The notes beneath the pieces were generated by a model that saw nothing but the letters and a program-made list of their open reading frames with translations, was not told the origin of the DNA and did not search any database. This document shows positions 37,734 through 46,132 of a DNA stretch of 64,000 bases, in pieces (within the stretch, counting starts at the first letter, position 1; each line of letters begins with the position of its first letter). The DNA is from an uncultured Candidatus Saccharibacteria bacterium. GTDB lineage: Bacteria > Patescibacteriota > Minisyncoccia > Phycocordibacterales > UBA9973. The position numbers were made by a program, and so were the translations under genes. Location: contig CAYGDG010000001.1 in NCBI GenBank assembly GCA_964348725.1, positions 65,898 to 129,897 on the forward strand, given 5' to 3'.

Positions 37734-37959
37734 CGGATGAGTTGTTCTTTGGTAAATTTTTTATCTTTATTACTGCTATAATTGCGGAAATGAAACCGAG
37801 TATTGCCATTGAAACAAGTAACCAGTGTGAGATTGGTTCATTGTTTCTGTCAAAAAATGGTTCAGTGAACATTCCGCAAAATCCAGTAATCAAAGATGCC
37901 AAAACCCATCTTGTGAGAAAGGACTCTCTTTTTGTAAGAACTGATTGATTAGTTTTCAT
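37714..37959 (-). CDS. Small two-TM membrane protein between atpD and atpC, opposite strand
   Basis: 81 aa with two hydrophobic helices. It has its own TGTTATAAT promoter and a terminator whose stem encodes the last codons. Confidence 0.4.
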
Positions 37960-38011
37960 AAGAACAAAATTTAAGGTTAATACTAAATAAAGTATACAAA
38001 ATTATAACAAA

Positions 38012-38461
38012 ATGTCAAGTAAACAATTAAAACTAAAAATAGTCACCCCTGAAAAGCTCATCTTGGAAGAGCTAGTAGAAAGCGTCGCTTTGCCGACCAC
38101 CGAAGGGGAGATAACCATATTGCCTGACCATGTGCCGATAGTCGCAGGATTAAAATCCGGCGATATCGTGGCATTAAAAGATGGCGAGTATATACCGATG
38201 GCATTAGTCGGCGGATTCGTTGAGGTGAAGAAGGGCGAAAGCGGAATGACCGAAGTCGCCATCCTCGCCGACTTCGTAGAACACATCGGCGACATCACCG
38301 AAGAAGCCGTCACCAAAGCCAAAGCCCGTGCCGAAGAACTGCGCAAGCAGGCCGAAAACAAAGAAGTCGTAGACTTCGAACACTTCGCCACCGAGCTGGA
38401 GCGCTCCCTCACCCGCGTCAAAATCGCGGATAAGTGGAAGACGAGGAAGTATAGGAAATAA
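38012..38461 (+). CDS. atpC: F0F1 ATP synthase subunit epsilon
   Basis: N-terminal beta-sandwich (LKLKIVTPEKLILEELVESVALPTTEGEITILPDHVPIV) and a C-terminal helical hairpin. Confidence 0.9.
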   Translation: MSSKQLKLKIVTPEKLILEELVESVALPTTEGEITILPDHVPIVAGLKSGDIVALKDGEYIPMALVGGFVEVKKGESGMTEVAILADFVEHIGDITEEAVTKAKARAEELRKQAENKEVVDFEHFATELERSLTRVKIADKWKTRKYRK

Positions 38462-38511
38462 TTAAAATTTCTTTATCTAAATTTTATCTCCGTATAGTAT
38501 CTTTCATATAC

Positions 38512-38533
38512 CCCTAATTCGCACGAATAAGGG
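38512..38533 (+). promoter_or_regulatory. ArsR-type operator palindrome overlapping the arsR promoter
   Basis: CCCTAATTCG-CA-CGAATAAGGG, an inverted repeat with one mismatch, 10 nt upstream of the ATG. Confidence 0.55.
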
Positions 38534-38543
38534 ATGTATAAAT

Positions 38544-38804
38544 ATGAAAGAGCATGAAAAAATTTTAAAGGCATTGGCGAATCGCCGACGACTCACGCTG
38601 ATTAAATTTTTGAAAGAAAAGAAGACGGCGAATGTTACCACACTTGCCGAGCATCTAGAGCTTTCCTTCAAGGCCACTTCCAGGCATCTCGCCGTCCTGC
38701 GCGGAGCAGGGATAGTAGATAGGGAACAGAAGAGCTTGGAGATGTATTATTCTATTTCAAATTCGTTGCCAAAGCTCGCGAGTCAGGTGATTGACTTAAT
38801 TTAA
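38544..38804 (+). CDS. ArsR/SmtB-family transcriptional regulator
   Basis: RRRLTLIKFL...ANVTTLAEHLELSFKATSRHLAVLRGAGIV is a winged HTH. Confidence 0.8.
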   Translation: MKEHEKILKALANRRRLTLIKFLKEKKTANVTTLAEHLELSFKATSRHLAVLRGAGIVDREQKSLEMYYSISNSLPKLASQVIDLI

Positions 38805-38819
38805 TTTTTGTATTTCTCT

Positions 38820-38847
38820 ATAGGCTAATTCGTGCGAATTAGCCTAT
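38820..38847 (+). promoter_or_regulatory. Second ArsR-type operator palindrome in the promoter of the downstream membrane-protein gene
   Basis: ATAGGCTAATTCG-TG-CGAATTAGCCTAT, perfect 13-bp arms. It lies about 25 nt upstream of a TGTTAGAAT -10 box; the ATG is at 38890. Confidence 0.6.
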
Positions 38848-38889
38848 TAATCTATTTGTCTGATAACATCTATGTGTTAGAATATCCCT

Positions 38890-39360
38890 ATGCCTGATTT
38901 CAAGCAAAACATAGACACTATAGACGCGGGGATAATCCACACGATGCGAAAGTGGGCTTTGCCATTTGGTAGGTTTGCTATTTTCGTCGTGTACTTTTGG
39001 TTCGGAATTTTAAAATTATTTTCTCTCTCGCCAGCAAATCCGCTCGTGGCGGCACTCTTGATAAAAATTTTGCCCGGTGTTTCTTTTGATACTTTTATCG
39101 TGGCTCTTGGTGCTTTTGAAATAATGCTCGGCGTGATATTTCTGATCCCGACGCTTTCCCGCCTGGCCATATTTTTCCTTTTCTTGCATATGATTATGGT
39201 AGTGATGCCGCTGATCCTCGTGCCGGCGGCTACGTGGCAAAGCTTCCTCGTGCCGACACTCGAAGGGCAATACATCATCAAAAACATTCTCATCGTAGGC
39301 CTGGCCATAGTCATCGCCGCGCATTTGCATCCGTTCAAGCATACAAAGAGCAATGCCTAA
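38890..39360 (+). CDS. Four-TM membrane protein of unknown function (DoxX/DUF417-like topology)
   Basis: 156 aa with four hydrophobic helices. Likely target of the adjacent ArsR regulator. Confidence 0.55.
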   Translation: MPDFKQNIDTIDAGIIHTMRKWALPFGRFAIFVVYFWFGILKLFSLSPANPLVAALLIKILPGVSFDTFIVALGAFEIMLGVIFLIPTLSRLAIFFLFLHMIMVVMPLILVPAATWQSFLVPTLEGQYIIKNILIVGLAIVIAAHLHPFKHTKSNA

Positions 39361-40024
39361 ATTTTATGTAGTCGCCACGCCGATAGGCAATATGGAAGAC
39401 ATCACGCATCGCGCGGTGCGTATTTTGGGCGAGGTGGATATGATACTCTGCGAAGACACGCGGATGACAGCAAAAATTTTAAATAAATACGGCATCAAAA
39501 AGCCAACGATGAGCTATCACGCGCAGAGTAAGCTTTCGAAGACTGAAAAGATTTTTGAACTTTTGGAAGAGGGGAAAGATTTAGCGCTGGTTTCAGATGC
39601 CGGTACGCCTGGTATATCTGACCCAGGTGCTTTACTTGTTTCTCAAATAAAAGAAAAACTGCCTGAAGTACAGGTGATTCCTGTACCCGGCCCATCCGCC
39701 CTCATCGCCGCGCTTTCAGCTTCGGGACTACCGACGCATGAATTTACATTCTTGGGATTTCTGCCACACAAGAAGGGAAGAGAAACTTTATTTAAAGAAA
39801 TAGCCGCCGCCGAACGCACGATGGCCTTTTATGAAAGCCCGCACAGAATTTTAAAAACTTTAGAATCTTTACAGAAATTTTGCCCGAATAAGAAAGTCTG
39901 TATTGCTCGCGAAATCACCAAAATATACGAAGAATTTAAAACCGGTACAGCTGCCGAGTTGTCAGCTTACTTTGCCGAAAATCCGGACAAAGTGCGCGGC
40001 GAGTTCGTAGTACTGGTGGCCTAA
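39353..40024 (+). CDS. rsmI: 16S rRNA 2'-O-ribose C1402 methyltransferase RsmI
   Basis: Tetrapyrrole-methylase fold: YVVATPIGNMEDITHRAVRIL...ILCEDTR. Confidence 0.9.
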   Translation: MPKFYVVATPIGNMEDITHRAVRILGEVDMILCEDTRMTAKILNKYGIKKPTMSYHAQSKLSKTEKIFELLEEGKDLALVSDAGTPGISDPGALLVSQIKEKLPEVQVIPVPGPSALIAALSASGLPTHEFTFLGFLPHKKGRETLFKEIAAAERTMAFYESPHRILKTLESLQKFCPNKKVCIAREITKIYEEFKTGTAAELSAYFAENPDKVRGEFVVLVA

Positions 40025-41982
40025 AGTATATCCTCAGGATCTGCATGTACAGAAAATTCCGGTGGTAGGGAAAGGATTTTTACAGCGAGGCGCTCGTCTG
40101 GCATTTTTCCGGCGGGAATTTTGATCAGCATATTTGTGATATATGCGCCTGCCTGCCGTCCGGTAAATGCGGCATAGATGTGCGGCTCGTATTCGCGGAA
40201 TACTTCGGCGAGGGCGTGCTTTATTTCAGCCGCTTGTTCGCGCGTGCCCTGGTGGGTGATTTTAAGAAAGCGCACATACGGCGGATAGCCGAGCTTTTCC
40301 CGGTCCGCTAATTCTTCGCGCACATATGGCAGGATGTTGCCTTCGGTGATGGCGCGCAGGGCCGGTTCATTCGGATTTTTTGTGCGGATGAGCAGGCGAT
40401 TGCTCTTTGCGATGATGGCAAGCAAGAGCTGGAGCGCTCGTTCGCCGATGCGGAAATTCGGTATGGAAAAAAGGGAATCAAGCGAAGCGATGACTGAGAG
40501 CGGCACGCGCTCGGGCAGATACGGAAATGCGAGCTCTGTGCCCACGAGGATGGCGCCGCGGCTCTCGGCGAATTGCGCGGCTATTTTTTTTGCCTGCGGG
40601 GCGGTCTTTACGGATTCTTTGTCCAGCTGGAATATTTCTGTTTTCGGAAAATTTTCGCGGCATGCTTCAGCCACGGCATCCGTACCCACGCCGAGCGGCA
40701 TGAGGTTCCAGCCGCCGCATGTTGCGCACTTGGTATTGGAATCTTTTTCGCTGTGGCAACGGTTGCAGGCGTAGCGGCGTTTTGATTTGTCACGCGAGAA
40801 ATACAGCACTACCGGTGCGGAGCATTTATCGCAGAATACTGGCGTGCCGCAATCGCGGCATACGGTGAGCGTGCCGAGCCCTTTGCGCAGGGAAAAGATA
40901 AAAACATTCTCGCCTTTTTGCAAAGTGCTTTGTATCTCCTCCCGTGCGGCTTCGGGCAGGATATTGAACCCGCCCGGGCGGGCAGGCTTCTCTTCTTTTT
41001 CCAGTATTTTGATTTCGCAGTCTGAATCGGTGCGGAAAGAAAATCGCACTTCGCCGAAGTGTTCGTTCTCGCGGCGGGCGATGGTGTCAAAGCGGAGCAA
41101 CGTGTCCGCAAAGATGAGCCGGGCGCCCATTTTCGCCGCGAAAAATTCGGCAAAGATGCGCAAGTCCAGATATGGGCGTGCGATGAGCTTATACGCGCCG
41201 GAGCTTTCATGCTCTATGATTACTGTGCCGATGTCGGCCCGCGGTATGGATACGTATGGCGCGGTGGCGAGGATGAGCACGGGGTGAGGGCACGCTATAG
41301 TAGCGAGCCAGGTACTCGTCTGCTTTTTTGTGGTCATGCCGCCATGGACGGAGAAAGTAAAATTCTCTATGCCTTTTTGTAATAACTCGGAAAATATTTC
41401 TATGTCGCGCTCGGTGGGCAATACGATAAAGACGGATTTTTTCTCGGCGAATGACGAGCGGATGAGCGTTTTGTAATGCGAGACGCGTTCGGCGAGTGGA
41501 GATTGGAAAAGAAGTTTTTCGGGCACGCTTCGCGCAGAATGTGAATCCTGGGGTCGCATAATTTCCTGCTGGAAATTTGCTCCTGCTCGGCCCGACGGCC
41601 TGTGCAAGACCCCAGGATTCACATTCTGCGCTTTACTGATGAGATCATAATTCTCCCGGAATGCCGCGGGGATGAGCGAAGCGATAGTGTCATTTTTTCT
41701 GGCGGCGGAATATTTTGCCAGCTCCAGCGCGCTTTCTAAAAATTCCGGGCGAAATACGGAGTTGCCTTTTACCTCGGTCACCTTGCGCAGATTGAAATCC
41801 ATATTCTTAATGTCGCTCTTTGCGCCCTCGGCATCTTCAGTGGAAGCCACCAGCCCGAGGATATTTTTTTTACGCACCGGTATTTCCACGATGGCGCCTA
41901 CAGGCGCGTCCTTTGCCGTAAAATACGTCAGGTCCTCGCGGAAAGCGCCTTTTTGGAGGGGAATTACGGTCAGGATTTTCAT
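40021..41982 (-). CDS. priA: Primosomal protein N' (PriA) with degenerate helicase motifs
   Basis: N-terminal 3' DNA-binding domain, Cys-rich zinc-binding insert (CRDCGTPVFCDKCSAPV...CNRCHS...CATCGG) and a C-terminal domain. Walker A is replaced by SPLAERVSHY and DEEH by IEHE. Confidence 0.8.
   Translation of the reverse strand: MKILTVIPLQKGAFREDLTYFTAKDAPVGAIVEIPVRKKNILGLVASTEDAEGAKSDIKNMDFNLRKVTEVKGNSVFRPEFLESALELAKYSAARKNDTIASLIPAAFRENYDLISKAQNVNPGVLHRPSGRAGANFQQEIMRPQDSHSARSVPEKLLFQSPLAERVSHYKTLIRSSFAEKKSVFIVLPTERDIEIFSELLQKGIENFTFSVHGGMTTKKQTSTWLATIACPHPVLILATAPYVSIPRADIGTVIIEHESSGAYKLIARPYLDLRIFAEFFAAKMGARLIFADTLLRFDTIARRENEHFGEVRFSFRTDSDCEIKILEKEEKPARPGGFNILPEAAREEIQSTLQKGENVFIFSLRKGLGTLTVCRDCGTPVFCDKCSAPVVLYFSRDKSKRRYACNRCHSEKDSNTKCATCGGWNLMPLGVGTDAVAEACRENFPKTEIFQLDKESVKTAPQAKKIAAQFAESRGAILVGTELAFPYLPERVPLSVIASLDSLFSIPNFRIGERALQLLLAIIAKSNRLLIRTKNPNEPALRAITEGNILPYVREELADREKLGYPPYVRFLKITHQGTREQAAEIKHALAEVFREYEPHIYAAFTGRQAGAYITNMLIKIPAGKMPDERLAVKILSLPPEFSVHADPEDIL
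40969..40982. repeat. Family-B palindrome CCCGCCCGGGCGGG inside priA
   Basis: 14-nt perfect palindrome of the CCCGCC-NN-GGCGGG type, encoding KPARPGGF on the minus strand. Confidence 0.5.
41532..41631. repeat. ~100-nt compound inverted-repeat (MITE-like) element in frame inside priA
   Basis: Perfect 24-bp arms GCGCAGAATGTGAATCCTGGGGTC and GACCCCAGGATTCACATTCTGCGC flank a 52-nt core that has its own small IRs (TTTCCTGCTGGAAA, GGCCCGACGGCC). Confidence 0.7.
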
Positions 41983-42020
41983 GGCTTTATTTTATCACAA
42001 GATGTGCTAATATTGGCTCT

Positions 42021-43034
42021 ATGGGATTGTTTTCAAGGAAACTCGGCATAGACCTCGGCACGGCGAATACGCTGGTGTTTTTGCCGGGCAAGGGCATCGT
42101 CTTGAACGAGCCTTCGGTGGTGGCCGTGTCCGAACAAGACAATAAAATTCTCGCTATCGGCTTTGAAGCAAAAAATATGATAGGAAAAACTCCGGACTCC
42201 ATCATCGCCTATCGTCCGATGAAGGACGGCGTCATCGCGGACTACCGTGTCACCGAAGCGATGCTCCGCTATTTCATAAATAAAGCGATGGGCAAGTGGA
42301 ACCTCTGGAAGCCAGATGTCATGGTATCCGTGCCTGCGGGCGTCACCAGCACCGAGCGCCGCGCCGTGGTGGAAGCCGCCATCCGTGCAGGCGCGCGCAA
42401 TGCATACGTCGTCAAAGAGCCGATTCTTGCGGCTATCGGCGCAGGTATTCCGATCTACGAATCAAAAGGATACATGGTGGTGGACATCGGTGGCGGTACG
42501 ACGGACGTGGCGGTGATTTCTCTCGGCGGCATCGTGGCTTCTACTTCGGTAAAATGCGCCGGAAATAAAATTGACCAAGCGATAGCGGATTACATCAAAA
42601 AAACTTTCAACCTCGCCATTGGAGACCGGACTGCCGAAGAAGTAAAAATAAAAATCGGCGCGGCTGTGCCTTTGGAAGAAGAGCTTCGGGTCACCATCAA
42701 AGGCCGCGACTTTATCCAGGGCCTGCCCCGCTCGGCTCAGGTCAGTACGAATGAAATAGTAAAAGCCATAGACGGCGAGCTAAAGATGATGATAAAAGCG
42801 ATCAAGGATGTACTGCAGGAAACTCCGCCTGAATTAGCATCGGATATCATAGACCACGGTATTATTATGACCGGCGGCTCTTCCCAGCTCCGGAATTTGA
42901 CCGACCTCGTGTATAGAAAGACTGGCGTAAAAGCGACCCTGGCTGAAGATGCGCTGTACTGCGTGGCAAAAGGCACGGGCATCGCGCTGGAGCACTTGGA
43001 TGTGTACAAAAAAGCAATTTTGAGTAAGAAATAA
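42021..43034 (+). CDS. mreB: Rod shape-determining protein MreB
   Basis: Actin-like ATPase with IGIDLGTANTLV and DIGGGTTD. A leaderless TGCTAATAT promoter lies 7 nt upstream. Confidence 0.95.
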   Translation: MGLFSRKLGIDLGTANTLVFLPGKGIVLNEPSVVAVSEQDNKILAIGFEAKNMIGKTPDSIIAYRPMKDGVIADYRVTEAMLRYFINKAMGKWNLWKPDVMVSVPAGVTSTERRAVVEAAIRAGARNAYVVKEPILAAIGAGIPIYESKGYMVVDIGGGTTDVAVISLGGIVASTSVKCAGNKIDQAIADYIKKTFNLAIGDRTAEEVKIKIGAAVPLEEELRVTIKGRDFIQGLPRSAQVSTNEIVKAIDGELKMMIKAIKDVLQETPPELASDIIDHGIIMTGGSSQLRNLTDLVYRKTGVKATLAEDALYCVAKGTGIALEHLDVYKKAILSKK

Positions 43035-43036
43035 AT

Positions 43037-43708
43037 ATGCTTGCCGAACATTTTCACCACGCATATCTGATAGAAGGAAATGAAATTCCGGAGGATATGC
43101 GGGAATTTTGCCAGAATTCTGATCTGTGCGAGATAGTCCTGGATACTTTTAAAATAGATGATGCGAAGCACGTGCGGGCGCTGGCGGGGGAGAAAAGCAG
43201 TAAGCGGAAAATCTTTGCCGTCCGCGCGAACAGCCTGACTTTAGATGCGCAGAACGCGCTCCTGAAGATATTTGAAGAGCCTGCGCCGGACACGCATTTT
43301 CTTCTGATTGTGCCGGAGAAAGCATCGCTTTTGCCCACGCTCCTTTCGCGCTTTTATCATGTGCCGAGCGAACAGAACGTAGACACGAGGGACGCGGAAA
43401 AATTTATACGCATGCCGCGCGCGGCGAGGGTAGAGTTTTTAAAAGAACTGCTTACTGAGGAAGATTTTGAAGATGTATCAGCCGAGCTTCGCGCCGACTC
43501 GCCGCGCTCCAAAGCGCTAAAATTCTTAAATGCCCTAGAGCGCGCCCTGCATGACCAGATTTTTGCAAAGGACGGTCCTTTGCAATCCAAAGGACCGTCC
43601 TTTGCAACTTTTGACCAGATATTCACTGCCCGCGAATTTATCCGCATGCCAGGCTCTTCGGCGAAATCCCTCATGGAATCGGTCGCGCTGGCGATTCCAA
43701 ATTTTTAG
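43037..43708 (+). CDS. holB: DNA polymerase III delta' subunit (HolB), short form
   Basis: AAA+ clamp-loader layout with HAYLIEG, FEEPAPDTHFLLIV and sensor TLLSRFY. It contains an in-frame repeat insertion. Confidence 0.75.
   Translation: MLAEHFHHAYLIEGNEIPEDMREFCQNSDLCEIVLDTFKIDDAKHVRALAGEKSSKRKIFAVRANSLTLDAQNALLKIFEEPAPDTHFLLIVPEKASLLPTLLSRFYHVPSEQNVDTRDAEKFIRMPRAARVEFLKELLTEEDFEDVSAELRADSPRSKALKFLNALERALHDQIFAKDGPLQSKGPSFATFDQIFTAREFIRMPGSSAKSLMESVALAIPNF
43552..43620. mobile_element. 51-nt palindromic insertion flanked by a 9-bp target-site duplication, in frame in holB
   Basis: TGACCAGAT [TTTTGCAAAGGACGGTCCTTTGCAATCCAAAGGACCGTCCTTTGCAACTTT] TGACCAGAT. The insert is two copies of the self-complementary 20-mer CAAAGGAC(G/C)GTCCTTTGCAA. 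Insert plus duplication is 60 nt, so the frame is kept, with DQIF duplicated at protein level. Confidence 0.7.
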
Positions 43709-43730
43709 TTTTTCTGCTACAATTAAGGCT

Positions 43731-44282
43731 ATGCAATACAATTTTTCAAACTTTAAGAACGAATTAAAAAAGGTAGAGGAATTTTTGGCTAAGGAATACA
43801 GCCAGCTTTCCGCCGGCCGGGCTAGCCCGATGGTGCTGGACAGTGTGTCTGTAGAAGTATACGGCGCATTTCAGCCAGTGAAAAACGTGGCTTCCATCTC
43901 CATTGAAGACCCGAAGACGCTCCGCATTGCGCCGTGGGACAAGAGTCAGATAAAGGCAATTGAAAAAGCCATCACGGTCGCGAACTTGGGCCTATCCACC
44001 GCTGTAGACGAATCAGGCATCCGCCTCATTTTCCCCCAGCTCACCACCGAGACCCGCCAGAAATTGGCGAAAGTGCTGAAAGAAAAATTGGAAGAATCAC
44101 GCATCACCGTGCGCCGCGAGCGCGAGCGCGTGTGGGAAGAAATACAGGAGATGGAAAAAAATGCGAAGATGACCGAAGATGAAAAATTCCGCGCCAAGGA
44201 TGACTTGCAGAAAGTGATAGACGAGGCGAACGGGAACTTGGAAAAAGTTTTTGAGAAAAAAGAAACGGAAATAATGGGATAA
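43731..44282 (+). CDS. frr: Ribosome recycling factor
   Basis: 183 aa from the ATG at 43731, which sits 7 nt after TGCTACAAT. MVLDSVSVEVYG...LGLSTAVDESGIRLIFPQLTTETR matches RRF. The ORF-track start at 43551 is an out-of-frame extension overlapping holB. Confidence 0.9.
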   Translation: MQYNFSNFKNELKKVEEFLAKEYSQLSAGRASPMVLDSVSVEVYGAFQPVKNVASISIEDPKTLRIAPWDKSQIKAIEKAITVANLGLSTAVDESGIRLIFPQLTTETRQKLAKVLKEKLEESRITVRRERERVWEEIQEMEKNAKMTEDEKFRAKDDLQKVIDEANGNLEKVFEKKETEIMG

Positions 44283-44286
44283 CATC

Positions 44287-45384
44287 ATGAATATACTCAT
44301 CTTTATCGTAATTTTATTGGTGCTGGTGCTCGCTCATGAATGGGGGCATTTTTTCGCCGCGAAGAAATTTGGCATCCGTGTGGATGAATTCGGCTTCGGT
44401 TTTCCACCGCGCGCGCTAAAACTTTTTAAAAGAGGCGAGACGCTTTTTACTTTAAACTGGCTTCCGATCGGCGGCTTCGTGAAAATATTCGGCGAAAATC
44501 CTGATGAAGAAAATACTTCCGGACCTGATGCGGCCCGCAGCTTTGTAAACAAACCGAAATGGCAGCAGGCCATCGTGCTTTTTGCCGGTATCTTTATGAA
44601 CTTCGTTCTTGCGTGGGTATTGTTCTCTATTGGTTTTATGTCCGGACTTCCTACATCCGTCGGTAATGCACCCAAGGGTTACGAATTGCAAGACCAGCAC
44701 CTCGTCGTCGTGTCTGTACTGAAAGATTCTCCAGCCGAAATGGCGGGACTAAAATCCGGCGATAAGATAATTTCTGCCACTTCAGTTGACGGAATTCTTT
44801 CTGAAATAAATCCCGACACCTTGAAAGCATTCGTGGTAGCTCATCCGTCTACGGAAATTTCCATCGGCTACTTACGCGGCGAAGAAAAAGGCGAAATCAA
44901 GATCGTCCCAGCTTCTACTGCTTCAGATAAAAGCCCGAGCATCGGCATCGCAATGGATGAGATAGGCGTGGCAAAATTGCCCTTCTTTGCGGCCTTTTGG
45001 GAGGGTCTTCGCCTGGACTGGCAAGTCACGAAAGGCACTGTCGTAGGACTGTATAACCTCATCGCAGGGGGTATTATGGGCACAGGCAGCTTTGATTCAG
45101 TCACCGGGCCTGTGGGTATGGTGGGCATCGTCGGAGACGCATACAAATTCGGCTTCGCATATCTTTTATCTTTCGCGGCGCTCATTTCCGTAAACCTCGC
45201 AATTATAAACTTGATTCCATTTCCGGCGCTGGACGGCGGCCGCTTGCTCTTCCTTCTGATAGAAAAAATCAAAGGCTCGCGCATCACGCCGAAAATAGCA
45301 AATACTATGAATATGATCGGCTTTGCTATTTTGATGATAGTCATGTTGCTCGTGACGTACCATGACATCGTAAAATTGCTGTAA
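44287..45384 (+). CDS. rseP: RIP metalloprotease RseP (site-2 protease, M50)
   Basis: HEWGHFFAAKKFG (HExxH) in TM1, a PDZ domain, and a C-terminal LDGG motif. Confidence 0.9.
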   Translation: MNILIFIVILLVLVLAHEWGHFFAAKKFGIRVDEFGFGFPPRALKLFKRGETLFTLNWLPIGGFVKIFGENPDEENTSGPDAARSFVNKPKWQQAIVLFAGIFMNFVLAWVLFSIGFMSGLPTSVGNAPKGYELQDQHLVVVSVLKDSPAEMAGLKSGDKIISATSVDGILSEINPDTLKAFVVAHPSTEISIGYLRGEEKGEIKIVPASTASDKSPSIGIAMDEIGVAKLPFFAAFWEGLRLDWQVTKGTVVGLYNLIAGGIMGTGSFDSVTGPVGMVGIVGDAYKFGFAYLLSFAALISVNLAIINLIPFPALDGGRLLFLLIEKIKGSRITPKIANTMNMIGFAILMIVMLLVTYHDIVKLL

Positions 45385-45385
45385 T

Positions 45386-46132
45386 ATGAAAAATAAGCTC
45401 ATACACGAAATCAGAGCAGTAAAAAATAAAACAGAGCTGGCGAATATTGTGAAAGCGCAGAGAATTGCCGAGCGGGTTTTGGTTGATGTTTTAAAAAAAC
45501 TCCGCACCGGAATTACTGAACTGGAAGTACAGGATTTTATCTGTGCATCATTTACGAAATACGGTGCGCCGGTGCTTTCTTTTCCGCCTATCGTAGCTTT
45601 CGGAAAAAATACGGCGAATATTCATCACGAGCCAGGGAAAAGTAAATTAAAAAGGCCTGCCCGCCGTGGCGGGGCGGATACAGTGATGTTGGATTTTGGG
45701 TGCACTGTGAATCATTATTGCTCGGACATGACACGCACATATTTCTGGGGCGAGCCGAGTGCGAAGCAGAAGAAAATTTATTTGGCAGTATTGGAAGCGC
45801 AGGAGCGCGCTTTGGCAAAGCTTGCGAAAGGAGAAAAAAATTGCAAAAAGATTGATAGCAGTGCTCGTGATTTTTTGAATAAAAAATTCCCTAAAAATTT
45901 CCAGCATGGCCTGGGGCACGGCGTAGGCACCGTCATCCACGAATGGCCAAATTTTAAGCCGAAAAGCACGGATATTTTGCCCGCCGGATGCGTGATGACT
46001 ATTGAGCCCGGGCTGTATTTCCCAGGCTTTGCTGGTGTGCGCATTGAAGATATGGCGCTCATCACGAAGAGCGGATGCGTGAATCTAACCCATGTGCCGA
46101 AATCGTTCGAAAGTGCTATACTTTCCGCATGA
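45386..46132 (+). CDS. M24-family metallopeptidase (Xaa-Pro aminopeptidase-like catalytic domain)
   Basis: HGLGHGVGTVIHEWP, IEPGLY and RIEDMALIT metal-binding motifs. It lacks the usual N-terminal domain. Confidence 0.8.
   Translation: MKNKLIHEIRAVKNKTELANIVKAQRIAERVLVDVLKKLRTGITELEVQDFICASFTKYGAPVLSFPPIVAFGKNTANIHHEPGKSKLKRPARRGGADTVMLDFGCTVNHYCSDMTRTYFWGEPSAKQKKIYLAVLEAQERALAKLAKGEKNCKKIDSSARDFLNKKFPKNFQHGLGHGVGTVIHEWPNFKPKSTDILPAGCVMTIEPGLYFPGFAGVRIEDMALITKSGCVNLTHVPKSFESAILSA
45660..45673. repeat. Family-B palindrome CCCGCCGTGGCGGG in frame in the M24 peptidase gene
   Basis: 14-mer identical to the atpG copy. It encodes PARRGG within the apparent insert KRPARRGGAD. Confidence 0.65.
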
